The notes beneath the pieces were generated by a model that ran no database searches, was not told the DNA's origin, and saw nothing but the letters and a program-made list of their open reading frames with translations. DNA of 64,000 bases, from positions 62,001-126,000 of the IMG/VR virus record IMGVR_UViG_3300044997_001199; one strand, written 5' to 3'. Made by a program: the position numbers and the translations under genes. Below, piece after piece: positions 18,594-27,654 of the stretch. Numbering within the stretch: the first letter of the stretch is position 1; each line of letters opens with the position of its first letter.

Positions 18594-18765
18594 TTGATGG
18601 AGTTTTCCTTGGTGCGGCGTTCATATATTTAGTGGAATCCAGCATCCTGCGCTCGATCGCTGCAGCGCCCAGGGGCCGAATCACGGTAGCTACCGAACCA
18701 CTGACAGTGTCACTGACCGTGGCGCCCGGGGATGTTGATTCCAGAATTTCATACAGTCTCATCAA
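18580..18765 (-). CDS. Small hypothetical (virion-type) protein
   Basis: MRLYEILES start typical of these head-associated peptides; overlaps its neighbours. Confidence 0.55.
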   Translation of the reverse strand: MMRLYEILESTSPGATVSDTVSGSVATVIRPLGAAAIERRMLDSTKYMNAAPRKTPSNARK

Positions 18766-19048
18766 AAATCTCTAGTTCGCCACTGTCAGTGATCCTGCCC
18801 GGTCCGTGGTCAACCCGCCAGTTGGTCAGTGTCAGTGATGCTGTGGTCGGCCTCACTAATTCTCCACGTATCATGTACTTACCTGCTGCAGCGACCACGG
18901 TGAGAGCCTCCTCGAGATAGCAGTTGTGCCAGATCCAGGTGCGTTCGACGAACATTTCGTGCTCCACAAACAGTCTATAGCGTGGAGATTCTTGGGACCA
19001 CTCCATATCTACGTCTACTAGAATTCTCACTGTGTATTTGCGGTCCAT
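18749..19048 (-). CDS. Hypothetical protein
   Basis: 99-aa beta-rich ORF directly after a TAAATA late motif. Confidence 0.65.
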   Translation of the reverse strand: MDRKYTVRILVDVDMEWSQESPRYRLFVEHEMFVERTWIWHNCYLEEALTVVAAAGKYMIRGELVRPTTASLTLTNWRVDHGPGRITDSGELEIFDETV

Positions 19049-19053
19049 AATTG

Positions 19054-19081
19054 TATTTATTATAATATTCGCTTATAAATA
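19054..19081. promoter_or_regulatory. Divergent T4-like late promoters
   Basis: TAAATA on minus (19054-19059) and TATAAATA on plus (19074-19081). The same core precedes genes at 22728, 26697, 27610, 28807, 32702, 33875, 43285, 43399, 56637, 56662, 60466 and 62189. Confidence 0.75.
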
Positions 19082-19086
19082 ATACC

Positions 19087-20127
19087 ATGCTGAAGTTATC
19101 ACAGATACGTCGGGTGCATGTGGAACTGACCACTCGATGCAATGCACGGTGTCCCATGTGTCCTCGGAACTATCGAGGCTATGACTACAATAGCGGTTAT
19201 CCCACAACCGAACTCACTGTGCACGATTTCAGGCACATATTCACACCGGAGTTTTTATCGCAACTTCATCCACCACCGCCGAAGGTATATTCCAATGGAC
19301 ATGTCAAACAAGACTTCCAATTCTATGGCATAAATTTCAACGGCAATCTCGGTGACTTCAGCCTGGCCCAGGATGGCAAAGAAATTGTGCAATATGTGGT
19401 GTCTCATGACGTGGCCGTAAACATAACCACCAACGGACACGCACGAAATGCCGAGTGGTGGCGCGGTCTGGCACATTCCAAGGTCACTGTGGGGTTCGCT
19501 CTGGACGGTCTGGCTGACACACACGCCTTGTATCGCCAGGACACGGACTGGAATCGAGTGATTGCCAATGCCAGTGCCTATATCTCCGCAGGGGGTCGAG
19601 CCATATGGCGATTCATACCCTTTGACCACAATCGACACCAGGAGCAGCAGTGCCAACAGCTGGCCCAGGACCTGGGATTTGAGAGATTTGAAAATATCTA
19701 CGACGGACGGGATCGTGGTCCGGTATACACACGAACCGGAGAATTCAGTCATTGGATCGGTCCGGTGGGAGAACCCGAGAAGTATATCCCTCACGTGAAA
19801 GATCTGTTAGAGAGTCATCGAACTTGGTTCAACATCGAAAAGGATACCAGGGAACTTAACATCGTGTGTGAACACAAACGTCAACGAGAAATCTATGTCG
19901 CAGCTGACGGATCGGTATGGCCCTGTTGTTTTCTTGGCTATTACCCCGGGCAGATGCATCATGCTGGCAACGATCAATTGTTGCCTTTGATTCACGAAAA
20001 CAATGCGCTGAAATATGATCTGTCACACTGCATGCAGTGGTTTGACCGTGTGGAACAAACCTGGCAACAAGACAGCATCGCCAACGGTCGTCTGTATCAT
20101 TGCGTGAACAGTTGTAACCGAGTCTAA
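19087..20127 (+). CDS. Radical SAM protein with SPASM/twitch domain
   Basis: CNARCPMC (CX3CX2C), GNLGD, TNG, and C-terminal C...DGSVWPCC...C..SC. Confidence 0.9.
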   Translation: MLKLSQIRRVHVELTTRCNARCPMCPRNYRGYDYNSGYPTTELTVHDFRHIFTPEFLSQLHPPPPKVYSNGHVKQDFQFYGINFNGNLGDFSLAQDGKEIVQYVVSHDVAVNITTNGHARNAEWWRGLAHSKVTVGFALDGLADTHALYRQDTDWNRVIANASAYISAGGRAIWRFIPFDHNRHQEQQCQQLAQDLGFERFENIYDGRDRGPVYTRTGEFSHWIGPVGEPEKYIPHVKDLLESHRTWFNIEKDTRELNIVCEHKRQREIYVAADGSVWPCCFLGYYPGQMHHAGNDQLLPLIHENNALKYDLSHCMQWFDRVEQTWQQDSIANGRLYHCVNSCNRV

Positions 20128-20933
20128 GCCTGTCCTACTATGCGTTGTCGATACACATCGGCAATTATCTGTTGTCCATCCGGTCCGGAATGATATCCTG
20201 GATCCTGTCCTGGGAACGGATGATTGCCGCAGATACGCAGTATGCTACAGGGTTCGTCGACCATGATCAATCGATCAGGGATCACTGTGGATATCACATC
20301 ACGCCATTGTGTCTGACTCTTGTTGGAATCCCAGGGCCAGAGTAAGACTGGAACCAGCAAAAATTCAATGCCAGCATGGAACAGTTCAAAAATTCCACTC
20401 TGAATGATCCACTCATCCTGTTGCTTTTTCCACTCGGAATCATAGAGTCTGTCTATGTAGTGTTTCACTGCTCGTCGGACTTCCTTGTTGATCAGTCCTA
20501 ATCGGTAAGGATGCGGATAATTTTCTGCCAGCGTGAAAATAGTTTCACAGATCATGTTGTAGTTGTTGTTACCGTAGTTGACATTGTCGATACCATCTTG
20601 TCTACGGTAGCCATTTTTGATAGTACGATCCTGGAGATGTTTCTGTATGTCGGGTGCCCATCCGTTGCAACTCCGAGACCAGTCGAACGGTGCCGCACGT
20701 GCAGGTATTTCCATGCGATCCCAGAAAGTGGGGGTGATAATGGCAAAATCGGGTCGTTGTCTTAGTATTTCGTCGATCTGTATGCGGATACCGCCATTGC
20801 TGCAACCTTGCCGCGCCAGGTTGGTCAGTTTCCAGCCTAGCTGTTGGGTCAGCAATTCGCTCCATGCAGTGCCTGGGTGTGTCTGGCTCACCGCACTGTA
20901 ACTGCAACCCGCAACTATAAGATGTTTGGGCAT
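20124..20933 (-). CDS. SGNH-hydrolase-like protein
   Basis: [14 protein letters not shown] and C-terminal DPGYH. Confidence 0.7.
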   Translation of the reverse strand: MPKHLIVAGCSYSAVSQTHPGTAWSELLTQQLGWKLTNLARQGCSNGGIRIQIDEILRQRPDFAIITPTFWDRMEIPARAAPFDWSRSCNGWAPDIQKHLQDRTIKNGYRRQDGIDNVNYGNNNYNMICETIFTLAENYPHPYRLGLINKEVRRAVKHYIDRLYDSEWKKQQDEWIIQSGIFELFHAGIEFLLVPVLLWPWDSNKSQTQWRDVISTVIPDRLIMVDEPCSILRICGNHPFPGQDPGYHSGPDGQQIIADVYRQRIVGQA

Positions 20934-21057
20934 GATTTTTCAAAATCGTCTGAGTGGACTGGTACACGGCATGGCCATCGATCCATGGAGTTTTCTGTGA
21001 TACCGTGATTACACAGTGCAACAACCATGATCCAATCGGCGCGGTCTAAGCCTCGAA

Positions 21058-21897
21058 TCATAGATCATGCCCTGCCACGATGTTGTGATCGATGAGATAC
21101 ATCACGAACTGTGTGCGCTGCTCGGCAGTGAGTCGAGCCCAGGCTCTGCGATGTATGCTGACTGAGGTAGTAGTGGGATGCTGCATCTCGGCGATCTTGC
21201 GATCAAACGCGTCAACTTCGCTGTGACAGATATTCACTGGATACACTGCAGTGTCGGGACAATAAAGACTGTCCAGGCTCTGATATCGATACTGCACATA
21301 GCCCGAATACAACACAAATTCAGTGAGTCGACCCTGAGCCTGAAACCACACAGGGAAACTCTGTCGAGTGCGGACGGTGGTTTCGGCGACCATGAATCTC
21401 ACAGTGTCGTTGTGCAGAAAAAAAGGAACTCCACCGGGGCCCAGCTGTTGTGTCATGGTGATATCAAACAGTTCCTGGGTGATCTGTCTGCTGGGCTCAA
21501 ACACCGGATACAAAGGAACACGGCCGCTGCGTATACGACCAGTTTGATCTATCAGCTCGGTCAGCAGCATTGGTCGCACCAGGATGGTCTTGGCATCCAG
21601 TATCATGGTATAAACATTGTAACTCATGGTAGCAGCCAGCAGTTTCCACAGTTGCTGGCTGACCCAACCGTTGTCTGACCACGGCGTGGAAAAAGCTGAC
21701 CTGGGCACAACTACCACACAGCCAGCCAGCGGTCCCCACCAGGCTGGATCTATGTCACGGATCACGGTTTCGTCATCGTTGACCACCACATAGATATTGC
21801 GCACACTCAGCCCGAGACCGTAAAGGCCCACACTCTGGGCCTGAGCGCGTAACACTGGAATCTCGTCGCGGAATACCACTGTGCAGATATCAATCAT
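21058..21897 (-). CDS. GT-A glycosyltransferase-like protein (DUF6492-like)
   Basis: GWVSQQLWKL, LDAK and TEF..Y motifs. Confidence 0.65.
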   Translation of the reverse strand: MIDICTVVFRDEIPVLRAQAQSVGLYGLGLSVRNIYVVVNDDETVIRDIDPAWWGPLAGCVVVVPRSAFSTPWSDNGWVSQQLWKLLAATMSYNVYTMILDAKTILVRPMLLTELIDQTGRIRSGRVPLYPVFEPSRQITQELFDITMTQQLGPGGVPFFLHNDTVRFMVAETTVRTRQSFPVWFQAQGRLTEFVLYSGYVQYRYQSLDSLYCPDTAVYPVNICHSEVDAFDRKIAEMQHPTTTSVSIHRRAWARLTAEQRTQFVMYLIDHNIVAGHDL

Positions 21898-21915
21898 AAA
21901 CTTATATATTGAGCA

Positions 21916-22101
21916 TTAGGATATGCGTTGTATATTTGATACCAGACTGCCATCTCCGTACTGAGCCCGTATCAGTTGACGAGCCATAAACGCGTCTCGG
22001 GCAAACACCGTGATCTCAGTGACATTGGTATAGCCCGGGTTCTTGACTTTCACGCGGGCACTGAATACCTGGAAACCTTTGAACACCTCGGTGATTTTCA
22101 T
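21916..22101 (-). CDS. Small hypothetical protein
   Basis: Probable start MKITEVF at an ATGA overlap. Confidence 0.6.
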   Translation of the reverse strand: MKITEVFKGFQVFSARVKVKNPGYTNVTEITVFARDAFMARQLIRAQYGDGSLVSNIQRIS

Positions 22102-22460
22102 TTGGTACGGTTGCCCCAGTTCTTGGCACCTCGCTTGCGACATTGGACCAGCGCACCTGATGCATAGGCCGAAGGCCATACCTTGTAACGGCTTCGCACC
22201 TTGTGATAGCAGGCATCTTTTTTTTCTGTCACGGGCTTGACACGTACCAGCTCGGTGCCACCCACATATTGAAATCCCATGTCAGTGAGTTCTTGATACA
22301 GGTCCTGTATGCGCTGACGCAATCTGACCGCCGATGGGCCAGACTGTTCTGCTTCTATCATCTGACCGAGATCGTCAACGGCACGATCGAGATCCTGGGC
22401 GATGGATTTTGCTGTGTTGACATCAGCAACCGTTCGACTGACAAATTCGTGTGCTCGCAT
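22098..22460 (-). CDS. Putative head-associated protein with basic C-terminal module
   Basis: MRAHEF start; after VTE comes KKDACYHKV...WPSAYASGALVQCRK, a module common in T4-like phages. Confidence 0.65.
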   Translation of the reverse strand: MRAHEFVSRTVADVNTAKSIAQDLDRAVDDLGQMIEAEQSGPSAVRLRQRIQDLYQELTDMGFQYVGGTELVRVKPVTEKKDACYHKVRSRYKVWPSAYASGALVQCRKRGAKNWGNRTK

Positions 22461-22723
22461 TATTTTTTCTTCTGTGTGGCCACGTTTCGTGCAGCACCAC
22501 GACGATTGGGATCAGGATCCTGCCTGCGTTTTCTTGCGGCAGCCGAGGCTCGGACTTTTTTGCCAAGTGCATAAGCCTTGGCCCGAGGTAGGCACTTGGG
22601 TTTGCCTTCCCGATCCGACCCACGAGCACATGGGCCCATAATTTTACCTTGCGGGTTGAAACGTACCCACTTTTCTTGGAACCATTTTTTAAGATCTTCG
22701 ATCACAAACTCACTGGCGCGCAT
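22460..22723 (-). CDS. Basic putative head-associated protein
   Basis: MRASEFVIEDLKKWF.EKWV...C...PKCLP; late promoter at 22728. Confidence 0.65.
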   Translation of the reverse strand: MRASEFVIEDLKKWFQEKWVRFNPQGKIMGPCARGSDREGKPKCLPRAKAYALGKKVRASAAARKRRQDPDPNRRGAARNVATQKKK

Positions 22724-22750
22724 CGAGTATTTAGCACCAGTGACCGATCG

Positions 22751-23290
22751 CTAGATCTGATAGATTTCGGCCAGTTGTTGGATCACATTATCCACGCTGT
22801 GCTCACGATACAGGATAGCCTGCCCCCCGGCTTCGCGCCAGCGTTTAACGTTTTGCTTGAAATCATCTATTAGGATGGCAGGAACACCCTTGCGGTTGGC
22901 GAAGCGTTCTTTCATGCCTGTGAAAATCGCTGCACCTGCAGTGCCAGGGTTGTGCTTGTCCAACCACTGCAGTTTTCCTGCGATACTAGCATCGTGATTG
23001 CCTCGCAGGGGTGCGCTGAGAATGGTAAAAGCGATGTCGTGATCCGTTAGCCAGCGCACTAGGAGCGTACCTCCGGGCATCACTGGTAAGTTGGCAAAAA
23101 ATTCCTGGATAAATTCTGGACCGCGTTGATTCAGTTGATCAATGCTGGCCTCGCGAGCCGCACGATCTCCGATATCTTTGTATAGATTTTTTCCAGCGAT
23201 GTTGGCCCAGGCAGTAAAAAAATCAGACTGCACTCCGTCCATATCAAGATAAAGATGTGGCGGGTCGTTGACAATTTGGTTGACTTGCAT
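22751..23290 (-). CDS. HAD-family 5'(3')-deoxyribonucleotidase-like protein
   Basis: YLDMDGV, ILSAP, K..W, LIDD and W..AGG. Confidence 0.85.
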   Translation of the reverse strand: MQVNQIVNDPPHLYLDMDGVQSDFFTAWANIAGKNLYKDIGDRAAREASIDQLNQRGPEFIQEFFANLPVMPGGTLLVRWLTDHDIAFTILSAPLRGNHDASIAGKLQWLDKHNPGTAGAAIFTGMKERFANRKGVPAILIDDFKQNVKRWREAGGQAILYREHSVDNVIQQLAEIYQI

Positions 23291-23416
23291 GGTGTTTCCT
23301 ATTTTGTTTGCTAACTGTATTGTAGGCAAACACCAATCATCGGTCAACCAAACATGGTTAGGTCCACAGCGAGCGCTGTATCTGGATCAAGCGGATCATC
23401 ATTTGTTCATTATTAT

Positions 23417-23545
23417 TTTTTTGTCAGTGCCTCCGAGACTTTTCGGAATTATATGGTGTACCCCTGCGTACCCGGATAGTTCTCTATCCAGAGTTCTTTT
23501 ATGATTCTATAATAAATCTGAGTATACTTGTTGTCCCGCGAACAT
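23417..23545 (-). pseudogene. Frameshifted, truncated HNH homing-endonuclease remnant
   Basis: Joining frames across two shifts gives MF/DNKYTQIYYRIIK/RTLDRELSGYAGVHHIIPKSLGGTDKK. Confidence 0.65.
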
Positions 23546-23546
23546 T

Positions 23547-23777
23547 TTATTTTTTCTTGGCCCGGCCACGACGCATGTTAAGCTGCCACTGAGCCATCCT
23601 ACGCCGTTCTCCTGTGCTGGATTTGGCAATTTTTTCCAGTTGACCTAGTGTGGCCTTTTTAGGTATACCAACTCTACGACTCAGACCTTTTCGTCCCGGC
23701 TTTTTACCATCGGCAAAGTTTTCAACAATTTCTGGGAATCCTGGAAATTTTTCGGAAACTATCTCATTGAATTTCAT
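23547..23777 (-). CDS. Basic putative head peptide
   Basis: MKFNEIVSE...IVE-NFADGKKPGRKG...NMRRGRAKKK. Confidence 0.65.
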   Translation of the reverse strand: MKFNEIVSEKFPGFPEIVENFADGKKPGRKGLSRRVGIPKKATLGQLEKIAKSSTGERRRMAQWQLNMRRGRAKKK

Positions 23778-24433
23778 GATCGTATTAAATCCTTTCTCAC
23801 CAACCACCACCGATGGTCGGAATCATGTTTCTTGAACAGTATATTAATGAAGAAAGCAATGTCTTCTTCATTGACCTCGCTGGGATCAGTGACCTGTTGA
23901 TACTCGGTATCTGCAGACAGTCTATCAACCATTCTTTGATACAGCCGCATGCGATTGTTGGGTTCGTCGCGAGGCACACTGAAGTACATACTGCCTGGTC
24001 GATGTTGGGCAGACCATTGGCGTATGGCTTCGATCACTGTGGCAAATATCCTAAACTCATCGCGCCAATCTGTGAGACTAAAGTCTTGGCCGCGGTCAAA
24101 GGTTATTTTCACGGTTTCCCAAATTGGAGTGCGGTCAAACACTATGTAAAGAGGACGACCTTTGTCGTCCTTGGCCACTGCTTGGTCTGCGAAAATTTTT
24201 ACAGGATACGGACGCTCAAACAGTTCGTTAAGGGGCTGCCAGGACCTGGTCTTTGAACCTCGTCGACCTTTGAATCCCACGCTGCAATTCTTGCCGTGCC
24301 TCCGGGGTTCTGGCATGAGTGTGATGTTGTCTTGTTGTGCCAGACGTTGTAGTTCACGCATGGCTCTGATGCTCGGGCCGTTACGCTGTGGTACAGTGTC
24401 TTCTATTTCTGTGATGAATTCTCTTGCTTTCAT
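23774..24433 (-). CDS. Putative injected head protein; C-domain resembles the T4 Alt N-terminal region
   Basis: MKAREFITE start; LNELF...RIFATV.EAI.......F......R.RLY.RM..RL. Confidence 0.45.
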   Translation of the reverse strand: MKAREFITEIEDTVPQRNGPSIRAMRELQRLAQQDNITLMPEPRRHGKNCSVGFKGRRGSKTRSWQPLNELFERPYPVKIFADQAVAKDDKGRPLYIVFDRTPIWETVKITFDRGQDFSLTDWRDEFRIFATVIEAIRQWSAQHRPGSMYFSVPRDEPNNRMRLYQRMVDRLSADTEYQQVTDPSEVNEEDIAFFINILFKKHDSDHRWWLVRKDLIRS

Positions 24434-26691
24434 TTTTTTCGCTCGACAGGCTCTGGCCAGTTGGGTCTTCTACGGGGTAGTTGACTGGGCATGGGCAGTG
24501 CTGGCCCAACTGGTGCTATTTTTTCATCCAGTATCCAGGTATCGGGTATTTCTCCGTGCTTTTTTACCCACATGTCATGTAGTTCCTGACCGGTCAGATC
24601 GTAGGTCTGGGCAATACGCCGCATGATTTTATCTATTCTATCATAGACCTGTTGGTTGGACATTTTGTTCAGTTGAGAGCGGTGCTTTTCCAGTGCGGCT
24701 TTGAGTTCCGGCACTGCATTTTTGCTGTCGCAATGCCGGGATTTATCTGCACGACCAAATTTATTTGTACCACTGTCGGATTTTTCAAGCATGACAGGTT
24801 TGAGTTTGAGATACTGTGGAAACTGTTTGTTAAATTCGCGCATGATCTCTCCAGTAGCCTGATCCAACTTTCTCATGCCACTGCCTTCGCTCACAGGCAC
24901 ACAGTTGGGTACTTGTCGTTGACCCTTGCGTTTTGTGCCTTGCTGGCGGTAGCCGGTCCAACATTTTTCTCTCAGAACCCCGTGTTGTTTGAACTCATCT
25001 AGTGCATTCTGTAAGCCGCTGATCAACAGCGCAGGCATAGTGGGTTTGGATTCAAGACTCGGGGGATGGTCTGGATCATAATCTTCTTGCTGTGGTTCAC
25101 GACTGATAATGCGTGAGGGCAGAGGTCTGGTTCCAGTGGATGTTGAGGGGTCAACCTGCGGTTGTCTGCGTTCCCAGCGATAGATATGACTTTGATTTTG
25201 TGCATTGGCATCGCCCTGTCGAGCACGTAGATAGTTTTTGAGCTCTTGTGTGACTTCTTCCTGCGCACCTGCGGTTCCATAGCGTTCCATGCTCTGCACA
25301 GTGCGACCCAGAGTCTGCACTGTGCGCAGATCCGACATGGTCACGCATCCTGACAGACCAGCGGCCGCACACATGCCAGCGATGGCACGAGCAGTGCCCG
25401 GCGGAATCAGACTCGTGATGTCTTCGTGTAGTTCTTGTCCAAACAGTTCAGGATGACTGTCGGCAAAATCACGCATGATTTTTCCGGCCACAGCGTGAGC
25501 TTCGTCTTCGAATGGCGAGCCGGCACTGCCGGCATCAGTCGGCAACGGTTCAATTTCATGCTGACGGCAGTGTACCAGTTCGTGTGCGGTGGTGCGTAGG
25601 ATATCTAGTAGGTGCCGACCGACCAGGCTCACATGTAGTTCGTGTTGTTCGGGATCATACATACCAAAACTGTGTCGGCGCTCGCTCCAACGGTCGCCGC
25701 GATGTAAAAATATCCGAGGCAGCCGCTGTATCTCCAGTCGGCGGGCAGTGTCTTGGATAAACTGTTTGAGAACCGTGTCGGTGTCAGTCTCGGACAGGAA
25801 CATGTGTGTCGAGGCGCTCACACCGCCGGGCGAGCTCAGTGCAGCTTCTCTAACACTTTCACCGCCGCCGTCGCCGCCGCTGTCGCCCGAGGACTGAGAA
25901 TCGTTGCCAAAAAAAGCATAGCCCGGAAACCAGTAGCCACCGTAGGCCCAACGTTTTCTTGGTTGGGATTTCTTTTTCTTTTTGCGTTCCACTAGACTCA
26001 ATTCTCGGTCCCGGGCCGCACGATGTGCAGAATACAAACGATCGATTAGACCTTGATTGCGCAACAGCTTGAATGCAAGATTTTCTGCACCGAATTCTCC
26101 ATGGTGTGCCAGTCCTGCTTTACGCATGTTCTTGACGGCATCGATCATGGTCTCGAGCCGGGACAGATTGTCCGACTCGATAGCTGCTTCTATCCGATGT
26201 CCTAGATCCTCGTATTTGTGACGTACACTGGCATCATTGATTTCGGCGCGCCGACGTCGTGGAACCGCTCGCCACTCCTGATCACGTACCGAATAGATGC
26301 CCTGACTGACATGAGGTTCGGCGGCATCCTGCACATAGAGTTCAACTTCGTGTGGACCTATGCGTATGTTGTGTTCGTCGTTGAACTCATATTTTTTTGC
26401 CGAAAACAGTTCGCGGTATACCACGTTGTTGGGCATGTTCACGACCAGATGTAGATCCACATCGGAATGATCGGTATAGTTGTAGGCAGCATTGCTACCG
26501 CTCACTGTGATGTCTTGGATTTCGAGATCGTCTACGCCCAGAAACTCGCGAAAATTATCTGCTATGGTCAGCAGAGCCTGCCGTACCCGGGGATGTAGAT
26601 GCTCATCCGGTCCCCAAAGGACCGGATTGAGCTGATCGTGAAATTTTACCGCGTCTGAAAGACGATAGGATTCTAATTCGTTGATATCCAT
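24430..26691 (-). CDS. Multi-module protein: Pol-beta-type nucleotidyltransferase, HExxH metallopeptidase-like domain and basic modules
   Basis: GSNAAYNY..HSDVDLH...VELY (GS..DxD..E), TAHELVH..Q...EDEA, internal LSGC lipobox-like segment, and CWTGY...VPNCVP module. Confidence 0.7.
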   Translation of the reverse strand: MDINELESYRLSDAVKFHDQLNPVLWGPDEHLHPRVRQALLTIADNFREFLGVDDLEIQDITVSGSNAAYNYTDHSDVDLHLVVNMPNNVVYRELFSAKKYEFNDEHNIRIGPHEVELYVQDAAEPHVSQGIYSVRDQEWRAVPRRRRAEINDASVRHKYEDLGHRIEAAIESDNLSRLETMIDAVKNMRKAGLAHHGEFGAENLAFKLLRNQGLIDRLYSAHRAARDRELSLVERKKKKKSQPRKRWAYGGYWFPGYAFFGNDSQSSGDSGGDGGGESVREAALSSPGGVSASTHMFLSETDTDTVLKQFIQDTARRLEIQRLPRIFLHRGDRWSERRHSFGMYDPEQHELHVSLVGRHLLDILRTTAHELVHCRQHEIEPLPTDAGSAGSPFEDEAHAVAGKIMRDFADSHPELFGQELHEDITSLIPPGTARAIAGMCAAAGLSGCVTMSDLRTVQTLGRTVQSMERYGTAGAQEEVTQELKNYLRARQGDANAQNQSHIYRWERRQPQVDPSTSTGTRPLPSRIISREPQQEDYDPDHPPSLESKPTMPALLISGLQNALDEFKQHGVLREKCWTGYRQQGTKRKGQRQVPNCVPVSEGSGMRKLDQATGEIMREFNKQFPQYLKLKPVMLEKSDSGTNKFGRADKSRHCDSKNAVPELKAALEKHRSQLNKMSNQQVYDRIDKIMRRIAQTYDLTGQELHDMWVKKHGEIPDTWILDEKIAPVGPALPMPSQLPRRRPNWPEPVERKK

Positions 26692-26725
26692 GGTTGTATT
26701 TATGAAACAACCATGGACCTGCGGC

Positions 26726-27583
26726 TTACTTTTTGCGAGTTCGCGTGCGTTTGCTTTCGGTCAAAACTTCAGGCTCGGACCATTTGGTCGACTTGTCGGA
26801 TTCGGTGGTTTCTTGCTTGGAAGTATCCACTGGCTTGGCCTGGCTCTGTGTCAGCGCATGTAGATCCTGATAGAGTTTGTCCTGTGTGGCACCATCAAAC
26901 ACATAGGTACCCACATGCCTGAGCAGCACACGATTGTCAACATAGACCTTTCCGCCCAGATCTCGCCAGTTTTCACAGAAAGTCCAGTCTTCTGAGTAAT
27001 AGCGATTTTCTCTCACTGCGGTGTCAAAATAGGTCTTCATGTGCTGGTTGAGTTCCTGAGGCAGTCCGATGTCATTGTTGAAGTGACGCACCGCAGGATG
27101 CTGATCTAGTTTTTCAAAAACTTCACGTTTGATCAACATAAATCCAGTGCCAGTCTTGGTCACTTCCACCAGGTTATCTGTGCCTTCTTCTTGCCCCGGG
27201 ATCCCGTTCACACACCATTTCACAGGCAGGCTCTTCATGGGATAAAGGCCACCGATCACATCAACATTGCGATTCAGCATTACCAGCAGATGCCATGGTT
27301 CCCAGCCAATGTCGGCATCGATGAACATAAGGTGAGTGGATACAGGTGTGCTCAGAAACTTGGCTGTGAGTGTGTTGCGAGCGCGACTGATGAGACTTTC
27401 GTTGGTCATGGTTTCTACTGTCCAGTCAATACCCAATTGACGGCAAGTGTTGCTCCACTTGACAAAGCTCATGAATGTTTGCTCGGTCAACATACCACCA
27501 TAGCAAGGCATACAGATGTGCACACGAGTGGTTTTGAGGTAGTCGATATTGACCTGTATTTGTACCTGTTGTTGTTCAGACAT
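26726..27583 (-). CDS. GT-A glycosyltransferase-like protein
   Basis: MPCYGG, ISRARN, FIDADIG, GTGFMLIKR, SEDW.FC and H.G motifs. Confidence 0.8.
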   Translation of the reverse strand: MSEQQQVQIQVNIDYLKTTRVHICMPCYGGMLTEQTFMSFVKWSNTCRQLGIDWTVETMTNESLISRARNTLTAKFLSTPVSTHLMFIDADIGWEPWHLLVMLNRNVDVIGGLYPMKSLPVKWCVNGIPGQEEGTDNLVEVTKTGTGFMLIKREVFEKLDQHPAVRHFNNDIGLPQELNQHMKTYFDTAVRENRYYSEDWTFCENWRDLGGKVYVDNRVLLRHVGTYVFDGATQDKLYQDLHALTQSQAKPVDTSKQETTESDKSTKWSEPEVLTESKRTRTRKK

Positions 27584-27654
27584 AGGATCTCCGTGAAAAA
27601 ATACTACTATATTTACGTAGTATACGGGCTGAGATTATTTTTTACGACCTGCGG

